From Thermoanaerobaculia bacterium (GTDB lineage: Bacteria > Acidobacteriota > Thermoanaerobaculia > Multivoradales > Multivoraceae), in NCBI GenBank assembly GCA_963666565.1, contig OY762911.1, positions 608,001-672,000 of the forward strand: a stretch of DNA of 64,000 nucleotides, read 5' to 3'. Shown piece by piece: positions 22,118 to 31,268 of the stretch. The notes under the pieces were generated by a model. The model had not been told where the DNA came from. It saw nothing but the letters and a program-made list of their open reading frames with translations, and did not search any database. Position 1 is the stretch's first letter. Every line of letters begins with the position of its first letter. The position numbers and the translations under genes are program-made.

Positions 22118-22585
22118 CTACTCCCTACGCGGCTTCTCCTGGTACTGCGGACAGAGTTGAATGACGTTCACTTTCAACTTGGCCGTAACCGAATCGTTCA
22201 GCGTCCAATCGCTGTCGGTGGCGTTCAGAACCTCCGCGTGCGCCGAAGCAGCCGCAGCGAGGAACTTCCAGTCCTTGCCGAGCGTGTGTGGAGGGAGAGC
22301 GTCCTCGCAAACGGCAACGCGCGCTACTCGGTCCTCCACCCACTCGTTCGTACACACGTGCTTGAAAAAGGCTGTGCCCAGTCCGATCCCGTTCTCCAGT
22401 CCTCCCTGATACTCCCTGAGGATGAGGCGTCGATCATCGAGAACGACGACACCGCGCTCGACGACATTCATCAACGCCTCCACGCACGCCTTCTGGCACT
22501 CCAGGTTGACGTGTTCCGCGTCGCCATTCGCGGTCCTCGGGACGTTCGTGTCCACCACATAGGAGGCCCCCTTGACGATGCTCAT
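22118..22585 (-). CDS. PIN-like domain protein (putative ribonuclease)
   Basis: YVVDTNV first strand, ILREY, KDWKFLAAA, ATDSDW acidic pattern; ATG overlaps ATPase stop (ATGA). Confidence 0.65.
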   Translation of the reverse strand: MSIVKGASYVVDTNVPRTANGDAEHVNLECQKACVEALMNVVERGVVVLDDRRLILREYQGGLENGIGLGTAFFKHVCTNEWVEDRVARVAVCEDALPPHTLGKDWKFLAAAASAHAEVLNATDSDWTLNDSVTAKLKVNVIQLCPQYQEKPRRE

Positions 22586-23964
22586 CGACTCTCGCGCATG
22601 CGCCGTTCCAGTCCAGCCCGCGTTGTCGCAGCAATCTCGCCCATCTCGTCGCCGAAGAATCTGTCGGGCCAGTTCTCGATGCCGCCCCACTCGTTGAGCC
22701 GAAGCGAATCCAAATCGGCCTTGCCGTCCCTTGAGCGGACGAAGTGGAGCTTCAAGTCCGACGCCGCAACGGCACCTTCTGCCACCCGACGCTGGAAACG
22801 ACGGAGGAGGTGTTCGCTATGACTCTCGACCACGATCTGCACGTTGCGGTGGTCAGCAACAGCGAGCATCACGTCCGCCAAACCGCTCTGGACCGAGGGA
22901 TGCAGATGCAGTTCCGGTTGCTCCATGAGAACAATGGAGCCTCGAGGCGCGTAGTAGAGAAGCACCAGAACCGGCAGGACTTGGGACACTCCGAAGCCTA
23001 CGTCGGTAAGAGTAGCCAGCGGGCTAGTCCTATGCCTCCTCACGAGAACTTGGTACCTCCTCGAACCTTCGGCCATTTCTTCGACCTGGAACGACTCGAT
23101 CAGCTCCAACTCTCGCAGCCAATGGGCGATTAGTTCCTGAAAGGTCATGTAGGGCGCATACTTCCGGATGTTCTGCTTGTCACCACGGTCCGTGGCGGCC
23201 AAGATCGCATCGATCGCAAACTCGCCGCTCTTGCCAACGCCATCACGGGCAACTCCCGTCCATCTATAGTCCCGCTGAGGATCTTGGCGAAGCGGTCCGA
23301 GATAGTAGATCTGGTCCATGAGGCTTTCGTAGGCATTCTCGAAGTCGCTGAGGAAGTCGGCATTCTGGAAGAGATACCGTGCCGCTCCCGGAAAGAGGTG
23401 CGTCTTCACCGGGTCAAAGCGCCTCGGGGGGCGACCTCGACCCCGGACGAACTCGAAGACTTGTTCCCCTCGAGTGGCTAGTTGGAACCTAGCTCCCAAG
23501 TTTCGCTGACGGAGTTCGAAGGTCGTGCCCGCGAATTCGTACGCCAAGTGCCTCATGGCAGGCCTGCCTTGGCGACCCGTTGCTAGCCCGACGCGCGCCT
23601 CTAGTTGAAGGTCTTGGCCAGCGAAGAGGGCCTCGCGAGAACTCGCGAGAGGATCGAGTATCCGGAGCTCGCGCGGAAGACGCCACCTCAACTTCCAGCG
23701 CATGTTTGGAAGTTCGTCCGCGGCTGCGCTACTCCTATGCACGGCTGTCTCGTACCCACCGAGGTCAACGAGGTCCGAGGGCCCGCCGAAGTCCAGAACC
23801 AGACTGCGATCCGTCGCGTTCTTGGTTTGCTTCAGCATCAGCAGAAACTGGAGCAGGCTGCTCTTGCCCGAGCTGTTCTCGCCAAACAGAGCCGTGATCT
23901 TGCCCAGCTCGATCTTCAGTTCTCGCCAAGCCTTGAAGTTCTCGAGATGGAGTTCCGTCAGCAT
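22582..23964 (-). CDS. ABC-type ATPase (AAA_15/AAA_21-like) with DUF3696-like C-terminus
   Basis: LENFKA, Walker A GENSSGKSS, signature DVGFGVSQVLP, Walker B LMEQPELHLHP, ESHSEH, GGIENWPDRFFGD; AGGAAGGA RBS. Confidence 0.88.
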   Translation of the reverse strand: MLTELHLENFKAWRELKIELGKITALFGENSSGKSSLLQFLLMLKQTKNATDRSLVLDFGGPSDLVDLGGYETAVHRSSAAADELPNMRWKLRWRLPRELRILDPLASSREALFAGQDLQLEARVGLATGRQGRPAMRHLAYEFAGTTFELRQRNLGARFQLATRGEQVFEFVRGRGRPPRRFDPVKTHLFPGAARYLFQNADFLSDFENAYESLMDQIYYLGPLRQDPQRDYRWTGVARDGVGKSGEFAIDAILAATDRGDKQNIRKYAPYMTFQELIAHWLRELELIESFQVEEMAEGSRRYQVLVRRHRTSPLATLTDVGFGVSQVLPVLVLLYYAPRGSIVLMEQPELHLHPSVQSGLADVMLAVADHRNVQIVVESHSEHLLRRFQRRVAEGAVAASDLKLHFVRSRDGKADLDSLRLNEWGGIENWPDRFFGDEMGEIAATTRAGLERRMRESR

Positions 23965-23989
23965 GGTGTCCTTCCTCCTCGGCAGGGCA

Positions 23990-25924
23990 TCACAGGCCCA
24001 GCGACTTCGAGGCGGTCCGGTCGGCGATGCGGGCCGCCATCTTCTCGAGCGTGACGGCGCCCTGGTCGGCCGAGCCGTCCTCCGGCGCCTCGCGGAGGCG
24101 CAGCGAGACGGTGCCCGCTTCCTGTTCGCGGCCGCCGACGACGAGCATGTAGGGGACCTTGCGGGTCTGGGCGTCGCGGATCTTGTAGCCGAGCTTCTCG
24201 CTGCGTTCGTCGAGTTCGACGCGGACGCCGGCTTCGGACAGGCGGCGGGTGACTTCGCGGCCGTAGTCCATGAAGCGGTCGGAAACCGGCAGGACGACCG
24301 CTTGCGTGGGCGCCAGCCAGACGGGGAAGGCGCCGCCGGTGTGTTCGATCAGGACGCCCATGAAGCGTTCCACCGAGCCCAGCATGGCCCGGTGCAGCAG
24401 AACCGGCCGGCGGGTTCCCCCGTCGCTGGCGACGTACTCCAGATCCAGCCGCTCGGGCATCTGGTAGTCCAGTTGAATGGTCCCCATCTGCCAGCCCCGG
24501 CCGAGCGCGTCGCGGATCAGGAAGTCGATCTTCGGGCCGTAGAAGGCACCGTCGCCCTCGTTGATCTCGAACTCGAGGCCGCGGCGCCGGAGCGCTCCCA
24601 TCAGCGCGTTCTCGGCCCGCTCCCAGAGTTCGTCGCTGCCGATCGACTTCTCCGGCCGGGTCGAAACCTCGATCCGGACGTCCTCGAAGCCGAACGTCCG
24701 GTAGATCTCCAGGATCGTCGATACCGGCAGCAGAACCTCGGCCTCGACCTGCTCTTCGGTGCAGAACGTGTGGGCATCGTCCTGGTGAAACCTCTGCACG
24801 CGGGTGATCCCGGTCAACGCGCCGGTGGGCTCGCGGCGGTGCAGGCCGCCGAAGTCGGCGTAGCGGATCGGCAGGTCGCGGTACGACCGCAGCCCGGTCC
24901 GGTAGATCAGGCAGTGGCCGGGACAGTTCATCGGCTTCACCGCGTACTGCCGGTCGTCCACCTCGGTGAAGAACATGTTCTCCCGGTAGTTGTCCCAGTG
25001 GCCCGAGCGGCGCCACAGGTCGACGTCGAGGATCTGCGGCGTGCGTACCTCGTCGAAGCCGTCGCGCCGGTTGAGTTCCTGCACGTAGCCGACGAGCAGG
25101 TTGTAGATCGTCGTGCCGCGCGGATGGAAGAACGGACTGCCGGGAGCGCTCGGGCTCAGGCTGAAGAGGTCGAGTTCGGGGCCCAGGCGGCGGTGGTCGC
25201 GGGCCCGGCGCAGCTCCAGGTCGGCGAGGTAGCCGTCGAGCGCTTCCCGGGTCGCGAAGGCGGTTCCGTAGATCCGCTGCAGCTGTTCCCGGCTCTCGTC
25301 TCCCCGGTGGAACGCGCCCGAACTCTCGATCAGCTTGACCGCGCCGACCTGGTCCACCCGCTGCGCGTGCGGGCCGCGGCACAGGTCGACGAACTCGCCG
25401 TGCCGGAACAGGGTGATCGGCTCGCCCTCCGGGATGTCGTCGAGGCGCTCCAGCTTCAGCTCCTCGCCCATGCCGGCGAACAGTTCCCGCGCCTCCTCGC
25501 GGCCGATCTCGACCCGTTCGACCTCGTGCTTCTCGGCGAGGATCTCCCGCATCTTCGCCTCGATCGCTTCGAGGTCGTCCGGCACGAAGGCGCGCGGGAA
25601 GCGGAAGTCGTACTGGTACTTCTCGGAGTGATCGCGCCGGCCGACGTCGATCTGGGTCCCGGGCCAGAGTCTCTGCACCGCGTCCGCGAGCACGTGCTCC
25701 GCCGTGTGGCGAAGGAAGATCCCGGCCTCCTCGTTCTTCGACGTGAACAGCCGGAACCGGCCCGACTCCTCGATCGGCGCGCGCAGGTCGACGAGCCGGC
25801 CGTCCAGCTCGGCGCCCACCGCCGCCTTCGCCAGACCGGGCCCGATCGAACGCGCCACGTCCAGCGCCGTCGTCCCGGGCGGGACGCTGCGCACCGATCC
25901 GTCGGGCAGCGTCAGGTCGAGCAT
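23990..25924 (-). CDS. thrS: Threonine--tRNA ligase
   Basis: TGS domain, DLCRGPH, KPMNCPGH, FYGPKIDF, LHRAMLGSVERF. Confidence 0.98.
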   Translation of the reverse strand: MLDLTLPDGSVRSVPPGTTALDVARSIGPGLAKAAVGAELDGRLVDLRAPIEESGRFRLFTSKNEEAGIFLRHTAEHVLADAVQRLWPGTQIDVGRRDHSEKYQYDFRFPRAFVPDDLEAIEAKMREILAEKHEVERVEIGREEARELFAGMGEELKLERLDDIPEGEPITLFRHGEFVDLCRGPHAQRVDQVGAVKLIESSGAFHRGDESREQLQRIYGTAFATREALDGYLADLELRRARDHRRLGPELDLFSLSPSAPGSPFFHPRGTTIYNLLVGYVQELNRRDGFDEVRTPQILDVDLWRRSGHWDNYRENMFFTEVDDRQYAVKPMNCPGHCLIYRTGLRSYRDLPIRYADFGGLHRREPTGALTGITRVQRFHQDDAHTFCTEEQVEAEVLLPVSTILEIYRTFGFEDVRIEVSTRPEKSIGSDELWERAENALMGALRRRGLEFEINEGDGAFYGPKIDFLIRDALGRGWQMGTIQLDYQMPERLDLEYVASDGGTRRPVLLHRAMLGSVERFMGVLIEHTGGAFPVWLAPTQAVVLPVSDRFMDYGREVTRRLSEAGVRVELDERSEKLGYKIRDAQTRKVPYMLVVGGREQEAGTVSLRLREAPEDGSADQGAVTLEKMAARIADRTASKSLGL

Positions 25925-26016
25925 CGGCGGTTCCAGGTAGGCGTGGAGAGCAGGTTGGTCCGGGGACGCGGTTTCATCCGGGCACAGGGGCGGGCCCGCG
26001 CGGCCCGTCACCGCGA

Positions 26017-26093
26017 TGGTAGGCGCTAGCGGACTCGAACCGCTGACCTCTACCGTGTGAAGGTAGCGCTCTAACCAACTGAGCTAAGCGCCT
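26017..26093 (-). tRNA. tRNA-Val(CAC)
   Basis: 77-nt cloverleaf AGGCGCTTAGCTCAGTTGGTTAGAGCG, anticodon arm CTACC-TTCACAC-GGTAG, GGTTCGAGTCC, encoded CCA. Confidence 0.97.
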
Positions 26094-26119
26094 GAGCCAC
26101 GGACCGAACGGCCCATGTC

Positions 26120-26196
26120 TGGTAGGCCCGAGCGGACTCGAACCGCTGACCTCTACGATGTCAACGTAGCGCTCTAACCAACTGAGCTACGGGCCT
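26120..26196 (-). tRNA. tRNA-Val(GAC)
   Basis: 77-nt cloverleaf, anticodon arm CTACG-TTGACAT-CGTAG, encoded CCA. Confidence 0.97.
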
Positions 26197-26316
26197 GTAT
26201 CCCGAGGCCGAGAATGCCGGCGAGAACGCCGGCAAGGCCAGCCGCGAGAAGGCGCAACGGTACAAAGGGGAGACTTGCCGTGTCAACGCGAGGCGCGCCG
26301 GGCGAGCCCCACGGAA

Positions 26317-26369
26317 GCGGGTCGGAAGACCCGCGCACCCAGCGGGCGGGTCGGAAGACCCGCGCACCC
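26317..26369. repeat. Two tandem REP-like palindromes
   Basis: GCGGGTCGGAAGACCCGCGCACCC at 26317 and 26346. Confidence 0.9.
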
Positions 26370-26392
26370 GGCGACTGTTGCAGAATCGTGCC

Positions 26393-27637
26393 GTGATCGA
26401 CGCTCTCCAGATGGCCGAGTTGATCGAGCAGGCGCGGCGGCGGATCGCGGGCGCGGTCTACCTGAGCCCCTGCGCCCGGTCCGAGTACTTCTCCCGACTC
26501 TGCGGGCTGGACGCGTACTTCAAGCTCGAGAACCTGCAGATGACGGGCTCGTTCAAGGAGCGCGGGGCGCTCAACCGCATCCTCACCCTGTCGGAGGAGG
26601 AACGGCGCCGCGGCCTGATCACGGCCTCGGCCGGCAACCACGGGCAGGCCGTCGCCTACCACGCGAACCGCCTCGGGCTCGAGGCGACGGTGGTCATGCC
26701 GCTGCCGACGCCCCTGATCAAGGTCGCCAACACGCGCAACTTCGGCGCCGACGTGCGGCTCGCCGGCGAGACGTTCGACGACGCCACGGACCACGCCCGG
26801 GAGCTCGAAGCCGAGCACGGCAAGACCTACGTCCACCCCTTCGACGATCCCCAGGTGATCGCCGGCCAGGGCACGATCGGCTTCGAGCTGATGACCCAGG
26901 AGCCGGACCTGGAAGTCGTCGTCGTGCCCATCGGCGGCGGCGGGGTCATCGCCGGAATCGCCGCGGCGTACAAGGCGCACCGGCCGCAGACCCGGATCGT
27001 CGGCGTGCAGACGGAGGCCATCCCCTCGATGCGCGAGAGCCTCGCCGCCGGCCGCCCGGTGACGGTGGCGCGCCGCCACACGATCGCCGAGGGCATCGCG
27101 GTCAAGCGCCCCGGCGAGCTGACGATCGGCCTGGTCGAGGAACTCGTCGACGACATCGTGACCGTGGACGAGGAGGAGATCGCGAACGCGGTCCTGCTCC
27201 TGCTCGAGCGGGAGAAGGCGGTGGTCGAGGGCGCTGGCGCCGCCGTGCTGGCGGCGGTGGTCAACGGCCACGTTCCACACGCGAAGGGGCGGCGGACCGC
27301 GATGGTGCTCACCGGCGGCAACATCGACGTCACCCTGCTCAGCCGCATCATCGACCGCGGCCTGACGAAGGACGGACGCCTGGTCCGGCTCGACGTCTGC
27401 GTCAAGGACCGCCCCGGCGCCCTTGCCGCGCTGCTCGAGCTGGTGGGCGAGGCCGGGGCGAACGTCCTGGAGACCCACCACGAGCGCGCCTTCACCGCCC
27501 TCGGGCTCAACGAGGTGCACATCGAGCTGCGGCTCGAGACCCGCGGCGTCGAGCACGCCGAGGAGCTGATCCGGCGGATCGCCGACGCCGGCCTCCACGT
27601 CCGGCGGCAGACGGAGCCGACGCCCTGGCACGACTAG
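26393..27637 (+). CDS. ilvA: Threonine ammonia-lyase with C-terminal ACT domain
   Basis: KLENLQMTGSFKERGA, ASAGNHGQ, PIGGGG, TGGNID, DRPGAL. Confidence 0.93.
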   Translation: MIDALQMAELIEQARRRIAGAVYLSPCARSEYFSRLCGLDAYFKLENLQMTGSFKERGALNRILTLSEEERRRGLITASAGNHGQAVAYHANRLGLEATVVMPLPTPLIKVANTRNFGADVRLAGETFDDATDHARELEAEHGKTYVHPFDDPQVIAGQGTIGFELMTQEPDLEVVVVPIGGGGVIAGIAAAYKAHRPQTRIVGVQTEAIPSMRESLAAGRPVTVARRHTIAEGIAVKRPGELTIGLVEELVDDIVTVDEEEIANAVLLLLEREKAVVEGAGAAVLAAVVNGHVPHAKGRRTAMVLTGGNIDVTLLSRIIDRGLTKDGRLVRLDVCVKDRPGALAALLELVGEAGANVLETHHERAFTALGLNEVHIELRLETRGVEHAEELIRRIADAGLHVRRQTEPTPWHD

Positions 27638-27667
27638 CGGGCCGGGTAGCTGCTACGCTACGCCCGC

Positions 27668-27889
27668 GTGAACGACGAAGCCTCGGATCCCTCGCCATCC
27701 GACTCCAGTCTGGACGAACCCGACCCGGATCCCGACCAGCGCGCCCGTAACCGCCTGCGCGGCAAAGGCCGGCTGCGCCGGCGTCCTCGCCGGCATCCGG
27801 CGCGAAGCGCCGGCCTCCGGGCCTTCTGCAGCGCCAGCCGCGGGTTCTCCAGCCCGCGGCCCACGGCGCCACTGCCGGCACGCGCATGA
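27668..27889 (+). CDS. Possible small leader ORF upstream of the CNNM gene
   Basis: GTG 8 nt after TGcTACGCT extended -10; stop overlaps downstream ATG. Confidence 0.3.
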   Translation: MNDEASDPSPSDSSLDEPDPDPDQRARNRLRGKGRLRRRPRRHPARSAGLRAFCSASRGFSSPRPTAPLPARA

Positions 27890-29235
27890 TCCCGCCGGTC
27901 GTCGCGGCCACCGGGCCGCCCATGAATCTCGACCTGCCGCTCGGCTGGAGCCTGGCCCTGGCCGTGTTCCTGGTCGGCCTGAACGGCTTCTTCGTCGCCG
28001 CCGAGTTCGCCCTGGTCAAGGTCCGGCCGACCCAGGTGGCGCCCCACCAGGACACGCTCCGGGGCCGTCTCGCCCAGCGGATGATCGACCAGCTCGACGC
28101 CTACCTGTCGGCGACCCAGCTCGGCATCACGCTCGCCAGCATCGGCCTCGGCATCGTCGGCGAGCCCGCGGTCAACCGCCTGCTGCAGCCCCTGTTCGAC
28201 TTCTTCCCCAACCTGCCGGCAGAAGCCGCCCACTCGATCAGCCTGATGGCCGCCTTCGCCGTCATCAGCATGGCCCACATCGTGCTCGGCGAACTGGCGC
28301 CCAAGTCGCTCGCCATCCGCCGGCCGGAGCCGACCAGCCTGTGGGTCGCCGCGCCCCTGTGGTTCTTCTACCAGGTCACCTACCCCGGCATCTGGGTGCT
28401 GAACCAGATGGCGAACGCCTTCCTGCGCCTGTTCGGCATCGAGCCGCTCCGGCACGGCGAACTCGCCCACAGCGAGGAGGAGATCCGCAGCCTCCTCGCT
28501 TCCGAACAGGAGACGGCACTCTCCGAGCCCAAGCGCGAGCTTCTCGACAACGTCTTCGAGCTCTCCGACCGCAACGCCCGCCAGGTGATGGTCCCGCGCA
28601 CCGAGGTCGTCTACCTGGACGACGACGCGCCGATGGAGGCGAACCTCGACCGCGCCCGCCAGAGCGGCCACACCCGGTTCCCGCTCTGCGAGGGGGACCT
28701 CGATCAGCTCGTGGGCCTGGTGCACATCAAGGACCTGTTCATCGCCGAGGAACCGCCGGCGTCGCTGCGCGACGTCGCCCGCGAGACGTTCGCGGTGCCC
28801 GAGACCCTGCCGCTCGACCAGTTGATGGCCCGCATGAGGCACGAGCACATCCACATGGCGGCGGTGGTGGACGAGTACGGCGGCGTGGCCGGCATCGTGA
28901 CGCTCGAGAACGTCCTGGAGGAGATCGTCGGCGAGATCCAGGACGAGTTCGACGCCGAGGCGCCGGAGTTCGTCCGGCTCGACGACGGCGGCTACCGGGT
29001 GCTCGGCGGCATGCTGCTCGACGATCTCGAGGACGAACTCGGATTCGACATCTCCGATGCCCGCGAGGAGGACACCGTCGCCGGCATCGCGATGTCCGAG
29101 CTCGGCCGGACCGCCGAAGTCGGAGACGCGGTCGAGGTCGGCCGGCTGCGGCTGGAGGTGGTGGAGGTCGATGGGAACCGCATCGTCTCGCTGCGGCTAC
29201 ACGTGTTGCCGGAGCCGGCTGAGGAGGAGGGTTAG
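27886..29235 (+). CDS. Hemolysin/CNNM family protein (DUF21-CBS-CorC)
   Basis: [45 protein letters not shown]. Confidence 0.93.
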   Translation: MIPPVVAATGPPMNLDLPLGWSLALAVFLVGLNGFFVAAEFALVKVRPTQVAPHQDTLRGRLAQRMIDQLDAYLSATQLGITLASIGLGIVGEPAVNRLLQPLFDFFPNLPAEAAHSISLMAAFAVISMAHIVLGELAPKSLAIRRPEPTSLWVAAPLWFFYQVTYPGIWVLNQMANAFLRLFGIEPLRHGELAHSEEEIRSLLASEQETALSEPKRELLDNVFELSDRNARQVMVPRTEVVYLDDDAPMEANLDRARQSGHTRFPLCEGDLDQLVGLVHIKDLFIAEEPPASLRDVARETFAVPETLPLDQLMARMRHEHIHMAAVVDEYGGVAGIVTLENVLEEIVGEIQDEFDAEAPEFVRLDDGGYRVLGGMLLDDLEDELGFDISDAREEDTVAGIAMSELGRTAEVGDAVEVGRLRLEVVEVDGNRIVSLRLHVLPEPAEEEG

Positions 29236-29290
29236 CGCCGGAGGATGGTCGCCGCTTCGCGGCGCGCGCTCTCGGCCGCCTTCGGCGGCA

Positions 29291-29340
29291 GCGGGTCGGA
29301 AGACCCGCGCACCCAGGCGGGTCAGGCGACCCGCGCACCC
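29291..29340. repeat. Two tandem REP-like palindromes; the second contains the proS stop codon
   Basis: Copies at 29291 and 29317, preceded by GCCGCCTTCGGCGGC hairpin. Confidence 0.9.
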
Positions 29341-31082
29341 GGCAGGCGGCTGAGGACAGCCTGCGGTACGCGGTCGAGCGGCACGACTTCGCGTTCGCCG
29401 TCCGTCCGGCTCGAGACCTCGGCGCCGCCGGCGCGGAGCGAGCGGGCGCCGACGACGACGCGCAAGGGGAAGCCGACCAGGTCCGCGTCCTTGAACTTGA
29501 CGCCTGGCCGCTCGCGGCGGTCGTCGTAGAGGACGTCGAAGCCACCCGGGGCTAGCGCGGCCTGAAGCTCCTCGTAGAGCCCGTCCGCAGCCGAACTCAC
29601 CGCCTCGTCGCCCGGGTCGAGCGAGCTGAGCACGACCGTGAACGGCGCCAGCGGCGCCGGCCAGACGATGCCGTCGTCGTCGTGCCCCTGCTCGATGGCC
29701 GCCGCCGCGGTGCGGCCGATGCCCAGGCCGTAGCAGCCCATCTCGGCCGGCCGCAGGCGGCCCCGTTCGTCCGTGAAGGTGCAGTTCATCTTCTCGGAGT
29801 AGGCCGTGCCCAGCTTGAAGATGTGGCCGACTTCGATGCCCCGCGAGATGCGCAGCTCCCCGGCGGCGCAGCGCGGGCAGGGGTCGGAGGCCTCCGCGGT
29901 CATCACGTCGACCCGTTCGAGCGGCCGCGCGGCCGCCACGTCGCGGTCCCAGTCCACGGAGACGAGGTGCTCGTCGCCGGCGTTGGCGCCGCAGACGAAG
30001 CCGGCGAGCGCGCCCGCCGACTCGTCCACCGCGAGGCGCACCTCCGGCGAAAGGCCGACGGGCCCCGAGAAGCCCAGCGGACCGCCCGTCGCCCGCGCCA
30101 CCTGCTCCGCCGATGCGAGCCGCAGCCCGAGGCCGCCCAGGACGTTCAGCAGCTTGACCTCGTTCACTTCGCGGTCGCCGCGGATCGCGACCGCCGCCAG
30201 CCCGGCGTCCGTCTCGTAGATCAGCGTCTTGACCACGCGGGCCTTCTCGACCTCCAGCATCCCGGCGACCTCGGTCACCGTCGTCGCGCCCGGCGTAGAC
30301 ACCCGGCGCGGTCCGGCGCCGCCTGCCCCGGCGCCCGCATCGCCCTGCACCGGCAGCGGCAGGGCGCCGACCTCGGCCCGCTCGACGTTGGCGCCGTAGC
30401 CGCAGGCGGCGCAGCTCGCGACCGCGCTCTCGCCCGTATCGGCGAGCACCATGAACTCGTGCGACGAGGATCCGCCGATCGCTCCCTGGTCCGCCTCGAC
30501 CACGGAGTACTCGAGCCCGCAGGCCTCGAAGATGCGCGAGTAGGCCCCGTACATCGCCTGGTAGCTCCGATCCAGGCCCTCCTCATCCACGTCGAAGGAG
30601 TAGGCGTCCTTCATGATGAACTCCCGGCCGCGCATCAGGCCGAACCGGGGCCGGATCTCGTCCCGGAACTTGGTCTGGATCTGGAACAGGTTGAGCGGCA
30701 TCTGCCGGTAGCTCTTCACGTCGCGCCGGACCAGGTCGGTGACGACCTCCTCGTGGGTGGGGCCGAAGCAGAACCGCCGCCCGTGGCGGTCCTCCATCCG
30801 CAGCAACTCGGCGCCGTACTTGAACCAGCGTCCCGACTCCTCCCAGATCTCGGCCGGCTGAATCGCCGGCATCGAGAGTTCGACCGCGCCCGCCCGCTCC
30901 ATCTCGCGGCGGACGATCCCCGTCAGCTTGCGCAGGGTGCGCCAGCCGGCCGGCTGCATCGTGTAGATCCCGGCGGCGAGCCGCCGCACGAGCCCGGCGC
31001 GCGCCATCAGCCGGTGACTCGCCACCTCGGCGTCCCGAGGCGCCTCGCGGGCGGTCATCAGGTAGTAGTCGCTCCAGCGCAT
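29322..31082 (-). CDS. proS: Proline--tRNA ligase
   Basis: GPTHEE, FRDEIRPRFGLMRGREF, INS editing domain, GHIFKLG, MGCYGLGIGR. Confidence 0.98.
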   Translation of the reverse strand: MRWSDYYLMTAREAPRDAEVASHRLMARAGLVRRLAAGIYTMQPAGWRTLRKLTGIVRREMERAGAVELSMPAIQPAEIWEESGRWFKYGAELLRMEDRHGRRFCFGPTHEEVVTDLVRRDVKSYRQMPLNLFQIQTKFRDEIRPRFGLMRGREFIMKDAYSFDVDEEGLDRSYQAMYGAYSRIFEACGLEYSVVEADQGAIGGSSSHEFMVLADTGESAVASCAACGYGANVERAEVGALPLPVQGDAGAGAGGAGPRRVSTPGATTVTEVAGMLEVEKARVVKTLIYETDAGLAAVAIRGDREVNEVKLLNVLGGLGLRLASAEQVARATGGPLGFSGPVGLSPEVRLAVDESAGALAGFVCGANAGDEHLVSVDWDRDVAAARPLERVDVMTAEASDPCPRCAAGELRISRGIEVGHIFKLGTAYSEKMNCTFTDERGRLRPAEMGCYGLGIGRTAAAAIEQGHDDDGIVWPAPLAPFTVVLSSLDPGDEAVSSAADGLYEELQAALAPGGFDVLYDDRRERPGVKFKDADLVGFPLRVVVGARSLRAGGAEVSSRTDGEREVVPLDRVPQAVLSRLPGARVA

Positions 31083-31268
31083 GATCTCTCCGCAGTCTGT
31101 GTCGGCGCCCGGAATCGAATCCGGCCTGGGCGTCGCCGGCGGCGGAACCGGCCGGTCGACGCACCTCCCGCGGGGCGGTGCGAGAGACTACACCCGGCAG
31201 AAGCGGATCGTCGCGACCTCCGACGCCCACCGGCCTGCCGCCGCGGGCGCGGCGCCGCGACCGCCGAG

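Noticed and set aside
22582-23964. Calling the cassette PARIS, Septu, Gabija or Menshen
   Set aside because: The required partners (TOPRIM/DUF4435, HNH, UvrD, DUF262) are not visible; only the ATPase class is shared.
25925-26016. T-box leader for thrS
   Set aside because: Only about 90 nt between tRNA and start; no T-box consensus or terminator.
19283-26196. tRNA-Val-anchored integrative element carrying the low-GC cassette
   Set aside because: thrS lies between the tRNAs and the cassette; no integrase or duplicated tRNA 3' end was seen.
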